Shown: one piece after another, positions 15,795 through 28,346 of the stretch | Layout of the letters: every line of letters begins with the position of its first letter | Position numbering within the stretch: position 1 is the stretch's first letter | NCBI GenBank assembly: GCA_050273025.1 | Contig: CP158635.1 | Span: 7,068,001-7,132,000, forward strand | Length of the DNA: 64,000 bases | Direction of reading: 5' to 3' | DNA from: Cenococcum geophilum | Taxonomy: Eukaryota | Translations under genes and position numbers: made by a program | The notes under the pieces: model-generated | Told to the model about the DNA's origin: nothing | Databases searched by the model: none | What the model saw: only the letters and a program-made list of their open reading frames with translations

Positions 15795-16173
15795 TGCTAG
15801 GAAGCGCCGCAGAACCTTCTTTCATTTCCTTGGCAGGCTGATGGCTGCGGGTGCATCAACGTTGAGCCCTGCACGCGAGTAATGCAAAGCGGTAAGGGTG
15901 CCCGTTGGACAGGACTGTTCGACAAATAGGGACCTTTAGCCAAATATTGACGCTAGAGATTGACGAGCCACCTCCTGACGCAAAGCTGTGCTTGTGGTCC
16001 GCGCTAGGGTTGCTTAGCAATATCTTCCCCATCAAAATGAGCAATTCTATAGAGTTTGTATGGGCGATGCACATAGTAGAGGTAGATCTATGGCCATAAA
16101 AGGCTAATAGTAGGAAGGGAGAGGCTAGATATAACTTTTAATCGCGAATAGGTAAAATGCGACTGGTGAGACT

Positions 16174-16289
16174 TATCCCTTAACCCGTTAATTTGGGTCC
16201 TACGGTCATCGATAAGGGACTAGCTAATTGGAGAACCCCAATTAAACCTGGTAGCGAATTTTCTAAGGACCCTAATGGGTTAAGGAATA
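16174..16289. mobile_element. MITE family A, copy 2 (inverted relative to 256-357, ~14-bp insertion)
   Basis: Same TIRs and internal sequence as the reverse complement of 256-357; TA flanks. Confidence 0.8.
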
Positions 16290-18808
16290 GTCCTTATATC
16301 TAACTAAATATTATAATTTTTATACTATTAGGTTTTCCTTATTAAGCTCTATAATTTTATAATATATTACTTTTTAGTTAGGGTATATAAATAGGAAGTT
16401 ATAGGTAGTAATACACCTATATATTATATTTACTACAGTAGGGCATAAGGAGATAAAAAGGGGCCTTTTAACATTTAAATATCGTGCTTAGTTATTAGGA
16501 TCTAACTACAAGCGGCCGTCGGACACGCTATTAATCTTGGCAATATCGAGTCCGACGATCCCCGGAGGTGACTCCTTAATTAGGACTAAGTCGTGGCTAT
16601 GTACGCCAAAATGGCGTTAATATTCCGTCGAGTTCGATGGCTAAAGGTCCCTAATAGCTTCGATGGCCGTAAACTACCAACAGCTGCGCCAAATCTGAAG
16701 GCAGCTTCCACCTTCGATTGCCTGCAGTAGTAGAAACCCTATTTTATTGTCACCCGTCGAGGCCGCTTCCGCAACCTTAAAGGTACTTTATGCCCTGTTC
16801 GCGAATGGTGGTGCAATCGTAAACCTCTCCAAAACACCTCCCGCAATCATCCTCCCAGGAGGTACGGTGCAGTCTTTCCAGCTACACCCGACCAGAGATA
16901 GCGCGCAGTAGCTGTATGCATTCCAGAACTGAAAATAATCTCCCTCTAGCGCTTGATCACATGCTCAGAGTCTTCCCTCTCCTCTAACCTCCACCGCCTA
17001 CAATCCAAACACGCCTATGCCTTCAGGCAAGAACCATATCAAACATTGAGCGCGGCAAGCCCAGCATTTCCGAAGAGAAAACCCCCACAATCCACCTGTC
17101 AATCATCTATCCAATGTTCTTCTGTAGCTTTCTATGGAGTGTTCCGCTCAAAACCTCAGCTTCGCCGCGCTCAAAGCGTGCGTCAAGCAACTTCCATCCC
17201 TCTTCTATCATTACTGCAAGCTACAGCTCTGCTCGCCTCCGTCTTTGGTGACCGCTCCGTTTTACATGACCGCCCGCGCCCATCCTGCCCTGCCGTCTCA
17301 TCTCCACCACCTTCAGCCAACGCACCCGTCCCATATACCGCAGTTCCCAAGCCCTCACCCCTTCACAGCAACCCAAGATGCTCAAGCCAACCCCGCCAGT
17401 GATCTCATAATCTGTAAAAAAAACTTCAGAATCACACAGACGGATTTCCTCTCAGTTCCATGCGGGATCCTCCGCCAGTCGTACGACTCCCTGCTCTTCC
17501 ACTCTCATATTAGTCTTGCTGCGCCCAGAAGCGGGGACTTCCTAATCTAGCTCTAGAGGATTCCTCACGCCTGATCGTCTTACGCACAGTAATAATAACC
17601 TCACTCTCACACTGGCAGCCGTTGACCACCTGCAAGCTGCGCCGCATGAGATCGCGCGCTGTCGTCCCGCGGCCCGTACCGAACCAACGCAGCCCTGCAG
17701 CGGCGCCATTTCGTGTAACGGATCACCCAGTTGGTTGGGTTCTGCTTTTTTAATATTTACGCGAATCAGCTGCGCTGCCATGCACTGTTTTTTAATGGCT
17801 GATGCTTGACCAAGCGAGAAGTCAATTCGTCGTATTGTCCGTTCTTCCAACAGCGTCATGCAGATAGCATGCGAATTAACTTCGACTTTTCTTCCTTCTT
17901 TTTTTCCCTCCTTTTTTTTTTGGAAAAACCTCTAATTGAAATATTCACAGCGTCCCTACGCATCAAACGACATTCAAGACGACGAAGTCGGGAGAAGGTT
18001 GACTGCAGTCCCATCCGCCTCAACGGTGCATGGGACAGCCTTGTCCAAGAGCCTGGTGCGCTCACTCTCAACACGCGCCGACACGCGCAGCGCTGACTCG
18101 AGACCCCTGTTCAGCACATGCTCACTGCCAATCCCGCATCTAACCATGTTCCATGTCGCTCAGCCAGCCTCCCGGAATCAGGATGACGACTACGTACTCA
18201 CTATACGTACTGTAGCATTACCAAAAAGAGCCGCTTGCCCGCCGCTAGCCGCAACTCATGAGCGCATATTACAACATCCCATCGTCCGCCGTGACCACCC
18301 CGGCACGTCTCCATTCCTCCCTTTATAGAACCTTACGCATCGAACCCATTCTGAGAAAGAAAAAAGTACGAGAATGGATTTCACCCGACGGCATCACCCA
18401 TGAGCAAGCATCCTAACCTCCCCATAATCGGCTAAAGCGTGTTTACACAGCAAAGCAAAACACACCCTGCAATATCACCATGATTCCTTCCGCGACTTCA
18501 CACAAGCTTGCACTGTCTTAGCGCCCAAAATGCCCCGCATATCGCTTTGCAGGGTCATCTTAACAGGGACCAAAATCAAAGGCATGTCGTAATTAGTCTC
18601 CCCTTTCATCAATTACTTCAAAGCATGTATCTTGCTATAGGGCAAGAATACAAACTTTCCCCACATCTAATGCACCGCTGGAACTGGCTAAAATACAGCT
18701 GAGGAGCTGCATTCGGTTGGGTAAAAAAGGCTGCAAAGCCACAGATAGAGTGTTTGTTGCACGGAAAAGTCTTCTGCAGACTAACCATAGGGTGCGGGAA
18801 GAAGTCTG

Positions 18809-18996
18809 TACACCGCCTTAGCGCATCCGGTTGAAAGCGCATGTTGATTGCGCAGATAAAACTACGCGGATTTATACCCAAAAATACGCTAAAATACGTT
18901 AAAATGGTGGTACTTTTTACTTTAAGATATAAAATTCTGCCGTTTGATCACCAAGATCAAACACGCACTTTCAACCGGATGCGCCAAGGTGGTGTA
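18809..18996. mobile_element. ~185-bp Tc1-type MITE (family C)
   Basis: TA-CACCGCCTTAGCGCATCCGGTTGAAAG...CTTTCAACCGGATGCGCCAAGGTGGTG-TA. Confidence 0.88.
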
Positions 18997-20220
18997 ATCG
19001 TGTTTGTTGGCAGACCGTCAGCACTATCCCAACCCTCTGTCCCGACCTCGCATCGGCTATCAGCCCCAACTCGGCGGGCCAAAGTCCTGCCCCTGAAAAT
19101 CACCTCACGCATCCAGCAATTGGGACCAAGAATACTACTAGCATCAGCCCTGTCCGTCTACATTTCGTCCCAATCCGCCCCTCTCCTATCCGTCCCCATT
19201 ATCCTTTTTACTTTACACCACATCCACATCGCATCACCCTCCTTCCCTATCTCCCCTATCTCCGGCCTACATTTTCGTATCCTTTCCATTTGTCCCCGTT
19301 CCTCCCAGAAGCCCAGGAACGAAGGAAATTCGTCTAGGCTCAATTCCACCCTGATTTTCCCCTCTCTTCCGGCCGAAAAACCTGGCAGAGCATCACAACG
19401 CCTGTCCCAACCCGGGAATCCCAGAACCGGACGCTTGCCACCCGGGTCCAAACAAGACCGAAACCCTCACCATCAAATCCCAGGAATGCATGCAGAAAAA
19501 CCCGCGCCCTGTACCCGGGGCGGGGAAGCGGGAGGGGCGTTGCGTTGCGTTGCTAACATGATATCGCGTGTTTCGTCGAAATCAAAACCAACTTGGAAAA
19601 AGACGGAAACTTTTTTGTTTTGAGTAAGGGGAAGGGAACGAAGATGAAGAAGAAGAAAAAAGCAGTAACAGTAAAACGCCGGGAATAACCGTGGGAATAA
19701 CCATGGGTGATGCCGGCACGACCGCATGGCAATCCAGCATTCCGGTTCGCCAGGGCCCGTAACTCGGGGAAGAAGAGAAGCCAAAAAAAAGGGAGCCAGC
19801 GAGCGAGAATATCTAGCGTCGCGCACAAAAGCAACCCCTGTACATATTTTTTATGCACCGAAAACCGCCCTGTTCGAAGAACCGGAAATGGAGTGCGAAA
19901 GATAAAGAACTGAAAATTTCCTGGTCTGATGGACCAAGAAAGAAAAGAAGAAACAGGACCAACACGCCATCAAACGCCGCGCTGTGTACACACCGGCCTG
20001 AAATGCCGATGGGGAAAAAAAAGAGATTAATCAAAAGCTCGTGAGGCGTAGGAGTGGTAATAGTGATGGTGGTGGTGGTTGTGGTGGTAAGGGGGAAGAG
20101 CCCAACAGCGGCACGAACCGACGCATCTGCATCTGCATCTACATCTATCACTCACCGCATCTACGGTATCGCCTTGGGAAGCACGAGGTGTAGCACAGCT
20201 CGTCTCGCACCATTACCTCA

Positions 20221-20265
20221 CCACGCCACGCCACGCCACGCCACGCCACGCCACGCCACGCCACG
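20221..20265. repeat. (CCACG)9 microsatellite downstream of the phytochrome gene
   Basis: Directly visible. Confidence 0.95.
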
Positions 20266-20550
20266 CCGCGACATTCTCGACGCACACATACCAGAATACT
20301 CGCCCGCGCCGCTCGAGGCGCGAGCTAACGGCGCCTCTACAGCGCCTCGGACATCTGCTGCTGCTGCTGCGGCGTCGCCTCGCTGTCCTCGCCCGCATCC
20401 GCATCCGCGCCCGCATCGTCATAATGAACATACCTCCCAATCTCAGGCACCGAGCGACTCTTCCCCTTAATCTCGCTCTCTCCAACGTCCACACCCGCAT
20501 CCAGGCCCTCCTTCGCCGCCGCCGTAGCCATCCTCCCAGTATCCTCGACA

Positions 20551-23500
20551 CTACCAGCAGGCGCCAACCCCGACGGCGCCGTGCGCGTCCGCCGCGCCGC
20601 CCTTCGCGAACCAGCCGCCGCGCTCCCACTCGCCGCGCTGATAGAGCGCGGCGTGGCGGATGCGGGGGTCAATAATGCCGGCGAGCAGCTCGGCGAGGCG
20701 CAAGAAGGAGATGGGCTTGAGGATCCAGCCGTCGAACCCGGCGTCCATGTAGGTCTGGCGGTCGCGCTCGATCAGCGAGGCGGAGACGGCGATGATGGGG
20801 ATGCGGCCGTTGAGCGCGGCGCGTGCGGAGAGGCACCGCGTTGGGTGCGTCTTTTCGTAGGACCGGATCATTTTGGCGGATGTGAGGCCGTCGACGATGG
20901 GCATCTGTATGGTGGTGGGTGGGTGGAATTATGGGGGGGGAGTTCTTGGTTGAACTGGAAGCCGAACTTACCTGCATGTCCATCAGGACGACGTCGAAGA
21001 TCTCGGGCTGGTCGCCGAAGGCGCTCGCGCACTCTTCGCCGTTGATGGTGAGGTATATCTCGTGCCCAATCTTCTCCAGCCTCTTCTTGAGAATCCTGCT
21101 GTTTACCGGGTCGTCCTCCGCCACGAGTATATGCATGTGGTCTGCAGATGGCGGCTCCGTGTCGGCATCCGCATTGTCGTTTACCTCTCCCAAGATTCCG
21201 GACGAGCTCGGCGGATGCTCGTTGATCGGCGAGCCAACCTCGTCCGGGATTTTGACAACCCTAACCGGCGCTACTGAGTATAGCAGGATTTCCTCGCCAG
21301 GCTCTCCAGGAATCATCGAGCGCTGGTGAGGCGGAACGGTGGGTTTTGCAGCAAGGTCGAGGCTGCGCGACCGCATTCTCTTAGGTGCTGCTGGCAGGCT
21401 TTTACTATAACTATTCCGCTTCTCCAACCGCGGTCTAGACGAGCGCGTGCTGTTGCTCCGCTCCCCAGATTTTGGCCTCTTTTCTACAAGATGGGCCTCT
21501 TGGATCGCCTCAATCGATCTGTCCGCGTCGCTTCTGCCGCTCCTGTTGCTGGAACCGCTCTTGAAACTCCTGATGCTGTATTTGCTGCCGAGACTGTCGG
21601 CGCTCTCTTTTCGAGCCATTTTGCCGCTGCTGGAGTCCGTGCGCGTCATATCTCGCTCAACAAGAGTGACCTTACCATCGCCTTGTTGCGAGCCGTTAGG
21701 TTGGGGCGTGAGCGATCCTTCCGGTGATACAGTGGGAGTATGCTTAATCTCAGAATCCGGTAGATCGAACGGTAGCTGTATTACGAATCGAGACCCTCTG
21801 CTCTCTTCCGATTTCAGCCGCAATTGTCCGTTCATGTTGAGTATTGTTCGAGCGACTACAGCTAGTCCGAGTCCTAATGCTCTTTTTATCTCTTTCCCTT
21901 CTGACAATGCTTTTGATTCCGGAGCAATGGTGTCTTCAAGCATCGACGTACTCTCCGATTGAACTTGTTCTAGGTCACGGAACAATAAGTCAAGCTGCTT
22001 TGTATTCATGCCAATGCCAGTGTCCTGAACGGCAACTTCAACGTCTACGTGGTCATTCTGCCATGCTATGACGTACATCTCCACTTTGACGCTACCCTCC
22101 AACGTATTTTGAATGGCGTTGGCCGTGATGTTCGAGATTGCCTGTCGAACCTTCCTCTGGTCTCCAATAACATTTTTAGGCACACCCGGATGTTCCGTGA
22201 CTTCATAGATTATGCCTTTCCGCTGCGTATCGCCGGTGAACATGTCGGTGGCCTCGCGGAAGGTAGCCTTCAAGTCGAATTCTTCACCATTGATGAGTTC
22301 GCCGCCTTCTTCTGTCTTAGTTAGATCGAGCAAGTCGTTGATGACGTAGATTAAAGATTTGGATGCGGAATGCGACTTCGCCAAATTCTCCCGAGTTTCC
22401 TGGTCCAGAGATCCCTCCAGAGCGATTTCTAGGTAGTTTATGATGGCGTTCAACGGAGTCCGTACTTCATGCGCAGAATTTGCTAGCAGTAACCTTGTGA
22501 GTTGGCTGCTCTGTAATGCGGCCTCTTTCTGCCGCCAAACTTCAATGAATTTTCCGTACACAAGGCAGAGAACGGCTGCGGTCTCGATCTCTTCTTCAGT
22601 CCATTCTCGGCTACTGCCTACTACCGTTTCGCTCCAAGTCTTGAAACTCTTTCTGGGTTCCAGATAGCCTCCAGTGCCTTCTTTGATGAGCTTCTCGTAC
22701 GGATTTCCTGCCCATTTAACTTCCTTGAGCTGTCCTTTCCGGAAGAACACAATGAAGTCACTGCCACCAAATGAGAGAGGAACAACGAGCATGCCTACAA
22801 TAACCTGAAATCCGGGAGGATATCGTAAATCAGGGAAATCTTGCGTAACGTCTTGGGATGTCATGACTGATGTAATCTTGCGCATTCGTAGGTACTCCAG
22901 CATTGCGAGGGCCTCTTGTGACTGCTCCAGATCTCCTAGAATTTTTGTTTCATCTCGAATAGATAGGAGTCCGAAATCTGCGTCGAAGAGCTTGAGAAGG
23001 TCGTCCGAAGAAGCAATGATATATCCAGACGGGTTGTGTTGAGTAGGTACCGTGTTGATGAGTTTTCTTGCTTGTAGTCTTGATGCATAGGACAACCGTT
23101 CAATATTTCTTGATGCTGAGTCTCCAACTAACCGACACATCTTGCGGATGGGAAAAGACACACGCATACCGCGGGGCCCATAAGAATGACAAGAAATGAG
23201 GCCCCAAAGTTCGCCAAAGGCGTTAATTGATATGGACATGGACGATCTGACTGCCATGTTGGCGAGGTATTTGAGATGTATAGGTGACATTGCGCGGAGG
23301 TAGGAGTATGTGAGATCCAACGGAGTTTCCAAGTCCTCCACGGTCCGGCAAACGAGGCGTGCTGTTCCTTGGTCTCGATCATAAAGCATGCGCACTCGAT
23401 TGAGTTTGTATAGTTCCCTGGCTTGCTTGGGTATATCCGATGCGGGAAATTTCAAGCCTTTGTATAGATCTTTGGTTGCTCTTGGATCAACCAGTTCGGT

Positions 23501-24985
23501 CACGACTCGACCGTTCCAGGCCTGATCGAATTGATAGATCATCACACGATGAAATCCTGTCAATTCCTTGACCACCCCAACGAGCACTTGGAGGAACCTC
23601 TCTAGATTTGGTGCAGCTGCAAGTTGCTCCTGAACTTGTGACATTATATTAAACACCTCCATGGCTGCAGCTTCACCTTTACGTTTTCTAGCATTCCGTA
23701 AGATGCGCAATGGCCTACTCTTCGCCTCCGTGCTCTCTGCATATTCTTCAGCCGTAGGTTGGCTGTTCAGGGTATCTTGTGGGAGTTCTGGCGTAAGGTC
23801 GCTGGATGGTACCAATGGGTTCGTAGGATCATCTTCCAGCTCAAACTCGCATATTAGGAGGCCAGGATTCCGGTCATTCATATGCATTGCACACCAAAGT
23901 TTGCGAGACCTTCCGCTGGGGGTCTTGATTGACATTGTAAAGACTTCCGGTCCGTTCGTCGCAACATCCGCGTCTTCATCCCTGATGAAATCTATGTGAT
24001 CTAGTAGATTGTCTGTTTGTTCCTCTGATAGTATATCTGTGAAGCTCTCGAGTGCGAAAAGCTCCTTAGGCGATCGTCCGATGATGCGCCTGGAGTTCTC
24101 GCTCACGATCCTGATGGGAAGAATGCTGCAGTTCTCGGAGTCTTCCTGCAGCGCAATCAGAAGGCCGAAGCCCTGAACTGCGCCTGGGATGTGTATGGGT
24201 TCATCCTCGCACCGCTGTAGAACGTCACCATCTCTTCCGGTGATCACCGCATGCCCACCATCGGATATCACATGTTTGAAACGGGCCGTTAATAGCCCTC
24301 CGACTTCTCCCAAGCTGCTCTTGTTGCTCTTTACCGACGAGCCTGGCCCGGTAGAAGGAGGCCGATCATCAACTAGTAACGAGGCCGTCCGGCTTGTGTT
24401 CTCGCTCCCTCCAGATCTACTAGATATTATGTCACTGAAAAGCTGCGCTGGTAGCCTAGGAGGAAGCTGCTTAGAAGAGTCGCCTCTAGATGGCTTTATG
24501 GATCCTCTGCGGGCGTCCTGAGCAGCCTGGGCAGGCGGGTGTTCCGGTCTCGGCGTCAAATCCGCACCATCTTGACATTTTTGGCGTAATGTGGCCTTTT
24601 TAGGACCTTGCGAGGCATGTGAGGTATCCGAACCGACAGATTGCCGTCGAGCTTCACCGGCACGAGCTGAGTAGTGGTAAAAGTAGTCGCCCTGCCAGTC
24701 AGGACGCTGTGATAGCGTAGGGGTGGGATCGACGGATACGACACTTCTGATGGGGAACACGCGATCTGTAGCTCCGGGACTGAGTTGACTCATTCCTTCA
24801 TCCGACGGCGAGGGGACTGAGTAGTTGACCCGGGGAGGAGATTTTTGTCGAACTTTGGATGCATTGGAAGGCGGAGAAGCCCATGCCTTGGGGCAGTCTT
24901 TCCAGGTTGGTGGTGGTGATTGTTTAACCCCACCATGCTCCAAGGAATGGTCGACGTCCTTCAGCTGAGTAAGTTGTTGAGACAT
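20551..24985 (-). CDS. fphA: Fungal phytochrome (PAS-GAF-PHY-histidine kinase-receiver); intron 20905-20971
   Basis: RCEDEPIHIPG (bilin-binding Cys), GFHRVMIYQF, FPASDIPKQAR, SPIHLKYL, PRKSF, AHEVRTPLNAI (H-box), DTGIGM, VLMDMQ|MPIVDG receiver joined by a GT-AG intron. Confidence 0.96.
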
Positions 24986-26573
24986 CGGGAGCTCTGTCGA
25001 GCCCGCTGGCCGTGGCGGAGGCAGTAAGGAAGTGAAAAGTTGAAAAGGCCACGGACAGACTCACAGACTTTGTTGGAGAAAGTTAACGTTGGAGGCCGGG
25101 CAAGCGGCCAGCAGAGAGATTTTGCAACGTGCTCGTCCACGCCAGGGACTTTTTCATCGGTTTGTCAAATCGCCATGAGCTTTTGTGGGCAATGCAAAAT
25201 GACGTGTTGGAGGATAGGGAATATTTTGGGCGTGTTGCACGAGCAGATGAAAGACTACAGAAGCCCAGTTTGCCACCCGTAGCTTTGGATGGGTTTCCCT
25301 GATCTTCAACGGGTGCTGCAAAACAAGAACGACGCAGGTGGCCCTGGGGAACAGCTCAGCATTCACCGCAGGCCACTCGGGCTGGTGCATGTACGTTATG
25401 CAGGGAATCCGGGTTCCTAGACAAACGAGATATGTGGTGGCGTTTGTATCGGACCCTGAAATCTTGGTGCAGCATGTTGCGCACAGATTCCTTGGGCTGA
25501 GGGCTGTCTCTTTTCAGGCAGTAGTCTGCGTCACAGTAGTTCAAACAAGGCAGAGAAAGAATGAGGCATTTGGGACAAGGGCCTTTGGGCAAGTGGAGGG
25601 GACTCGGCCAAAGACAGCCGTTAGACAGGCGGCGGGTTGCAGTGGCCAGGGCAGTGGTTAGGGTGGGACGACAGCAAACGGGAGTCATGAGAAGAACATG
25701 GCGCGGGTCCAAAGCCACAGACGCGTTGTAGCGACGGGTGGTGTGGCTTTTGGGCGCAGGTGCTGATCTTGATGTCAATCATAGGATTTACAAGGGAATT
25801 GTGCCACGATCAGCGGCGATCTTGGCCATTAAAGAGTAGTGGGCAAGTAGTGGGCGAGAATGCCCTGCAAGCTGTCTGAAACTCGCGTTCTCCGGGCTAA
25901 AGAGGGATTTGTGGGGGGGGACGAATGGATGGAGCGGAAGGCGTAGTACGGTATGATGGGGAACTGCCCAAGGGATATTTTCCCTGTGCGCTGCGGAACC
26001 ATTCAGTAAGAGAACGCCGCTGACGGGAGACGAGCTACGTCAGCCAAGGCTGGGAAGCCCCAAGGAAGAGGGTTGCCCTGGTGTGTCCTCGCAACGCTTT
26101 GAAAAGAACCATGGCTAGGGCTATGCTGTAGCGGGACTGTGGCATGTCCATAATCATCATGATCGTCTTACACCACGTTTGGAACAAGCGCGCCGAGTCA
26201 GTCAATCGATGTCAATCAGTCACCGCATCAAGCAAAAGAAACGCCGAGACTGGTGTTAAATGCCGCCCTACTACGGATTGTACCGTTCTATACTCTGACC
26301 TCCTTCCTCCCACCTCCCTCCTCACGAGAGCACCAAGCCTGCTGCAGACTGGCATCCAGCCAAGATGCACGCTAGCCACGCAGCTTTAGCCTTTCCTGAT
26401 GAGGTTTGCCACATCCCTCTCTCTTCCTGCCCGGCACAACCAAGCCTTTCGCGAGTCATGCGCGCCCCAGAAGCCGAAACCCGCGTTAAGCCACCACAAA
26501 GCGCCACACCCACACTGAGACACCTTTACTTGGTCGACAGACACAGAAATCCCACAACCGCAATCTCTTCGCC

Positions 26574-28346
26574 ATGCCGTCGTTGGATCATGCCCGTCCT
26601 CTGAACGTCTTAATTGCCTCTGCGACCTCCTCCACCCCCGACTTCACTCGGGACGTTATCCTGCGATTGTCCCAAGTCGAAAATGTCCACACTCGGTCGA
26701 TAATAAGAGTCCGCCACAACCCACCCTTCACCTTCACCTTCGCCTCGCACATTCCCAACCTCATATACTACAAGGACCATGAAGACTACAAGTCGTCTCA
26801 AGACATTGAGCGAGAACAAGAGCATGCTGCGGAGCTATGCGGCTGGGCAGACCTGCTCGTGCTGGCCCCTATAGACGCCGACAGTCTAGCGCGGATGCTC
26901 CACGGTATGACCAACAACCTACACCTCGAGATCCTCAGAAGCTGGGACGTCTCCAAGAAGATCCTACTCCTTCCCGGCATGTCGACATTGATGTGGGAAA
27001 ACCCCATGACCAAGAAGCAGCTCAGCAAGATCCGCAGGAAATGGAACTGGGTCCGCGTCCTGCAGCCCGTGCTGTGGGCCTTCGAAGGCAGCAGCGGCCG
27101 CAAACAGCTTCCGTGGGACGGGCTCGAGGGGCTGATGGAGTCTGTGCAGACGCAGGTCGACCTGATAACCATAGGGCGGGACGTGGACGTTGCTGTGCCG
27201 CACATGTCCACCTTCACGCCCGCTCGCAAGCGCGAGCGTGTGCTGCCCCCCGAACTGTGGTCCATCATCCTCGATTACACCGGCGACTGGGAGCTCGCCA
27301 CCGCCCTGAACGTGCACACGACCGTCCCGACCCCAGACGAATGGCGCCAAGCGGGCAGCGAAGCGGGGCCGCAGACCTACACCGGGAAGCTCGAATGGAC
27401 GATCCTGACGGGCACGCTGTCCGAAGTGAAGACCCTGCTGGCTGCCGAGAACCCAACGCGGCTCTCGCGCCTCTGCATCCGGCTCATCATGCGCTTCGGC
27501 ATGGTGCGGCTGCTCTGCCACCTCGAGAGCGCGCACCGCGAGCTCTTCTGGTCGACCTTCGGCCACGCCTTCCTGCCCGTGAAAGCCTCCTCCGTCTTCG
27601 GCCGCATTGAGATCCTCGAGTACTGGCGCACGTCGCCAGCGTTCCTGACCAAGGAGTACTCGGCCGAGGCCATGGACAAGGCCAGCCGCGCCGGCTTCGT
27701 CCACGTCCTCGACTGGTGGGCCCGCTCCGGCCTGCCGCTCAAGTACTCCGAGGCCGCGCTCGAGCAGGCCAGCTCCCAGGGCCACATCGCCGTGCTGGAG
27801 TGGTGGAAGCTGCATGGGCTGCAGGACGCCGATACCAGCAAAGCGCTGCCCGCCGCCGCCGCCGCCGCTGCTGCTGCCGTTGCGTCTGCGGAGATCGATA
27901 CCGCGCCTGCGCCTGCGCCTGTGCGCCTCCGCTTGAAGGTCGGCAAGTCGATTTCCTACGCTACCCAGTCCGGATCCCTGCCCACGCTGCGCTGGTGGAG
28001 CGAGTCGGGCATCGCGTTCCCGCATGAAGATACGGTGGCCAAGCTGGCGTCGACGCATGGCCACGTGCACATCCTTGACTTCTGGCGGAAGCTTAGGGGC
28101 GAGAAGATGTTGTTCGATAACCAGGTGCTGGTCGGCGCGACGAAGATGGGGCATGCGGATGTGCTGGAGTGGTGGAAGAAGAGCGGGCTAAGGGTCGAGT
28201 ATAAGACGTGCGATATCGAGGAGGCATTGGAGGACGGTGTGGAGGGGGAGAAGGGACGTGTGGTTAGGAGGTGGTGGGCACGGAATGGGTTGAATCTTGG
28301 GGTAGGGACGAGCGAGTGGATGAGGACGAAGGTTTTGTGTTCGTGA
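26574..28346 (+). CDS. HFCD/Hal3-like flavoprotein domain + F-box-like motif + ankyrin-like repeats (590 aa)
   Basis: ELCGWADLLVLAP...PGMSTLMWENP (HFCD family); LPPELWSIILDY (F-box-like); repeated AS..G.v.VL.WW ankyrin-type units. Confidence 0.85.
   Translation: MPSLDHARPLNVLIASATSSTPDFTRDVILRLSQVENVHTRSIIRVRHNPPFTFTFASHIPNLIYYKDHEDYKSSQDIEREQEHAAELCGWADLLVLAPIDADSLARMLHGMTNNLHLEILRSWDVSKKILLLPGMSTLMWENPMTKKQLSKIRRKWNWVRVLQPVLWAFEGSSGRKQLPWDGLEGLMESVQTQVDLITIGRDVDVAVPHMSTFTPARKRERVLPPELWSIILDYTGDWELATALNVHTTVPTPDEWRQAGSEAGPQTYTGKLEWTILTGTLSEVKTLLAAENPTRLSRLCIRLIMRFGMVRLLCHLESAHRELFWSTFGHAFLPVKASSVFGRIEILEYWRTSPAFLTKEYSAEAMDKASRAGFVHVLDWWARSGLPLKYSEAALEQASSQGHIAVLEWWKLHGLQDADTSKALPAAAAAAAAAVASAEIDTAPAPAPVRLRLKVGKSISYATQSGSLPTLRWWSESGIAFPHEDTVAKLASTHGHVHILDFWRKLRGEKMLFDNQVLVGATKMGHADVLEWWKKSGLRVEYKTCDIEEALEDGVEGEKGRVVRRWWARNGLNLGVGTSEWMRTKVLCS

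Noticed and set aside
18841..19623. 260-aa ORF
   Set aside because: Starts inside a MITE, runs through its TIR and has no protein-like motifs
20669..20971. C-terminal extension of the 1438-aa ORF as true phytochrome sequence
   Set aside because: Read-through of intron 20905-20971; splicing restores the receiver domain
26837..28154. Long overlapping ORFs (257, 396, 189 aa)
   Set aside because: Alternative-frame artefacts of the GC-rich flavoprotein-ankyrin CDS
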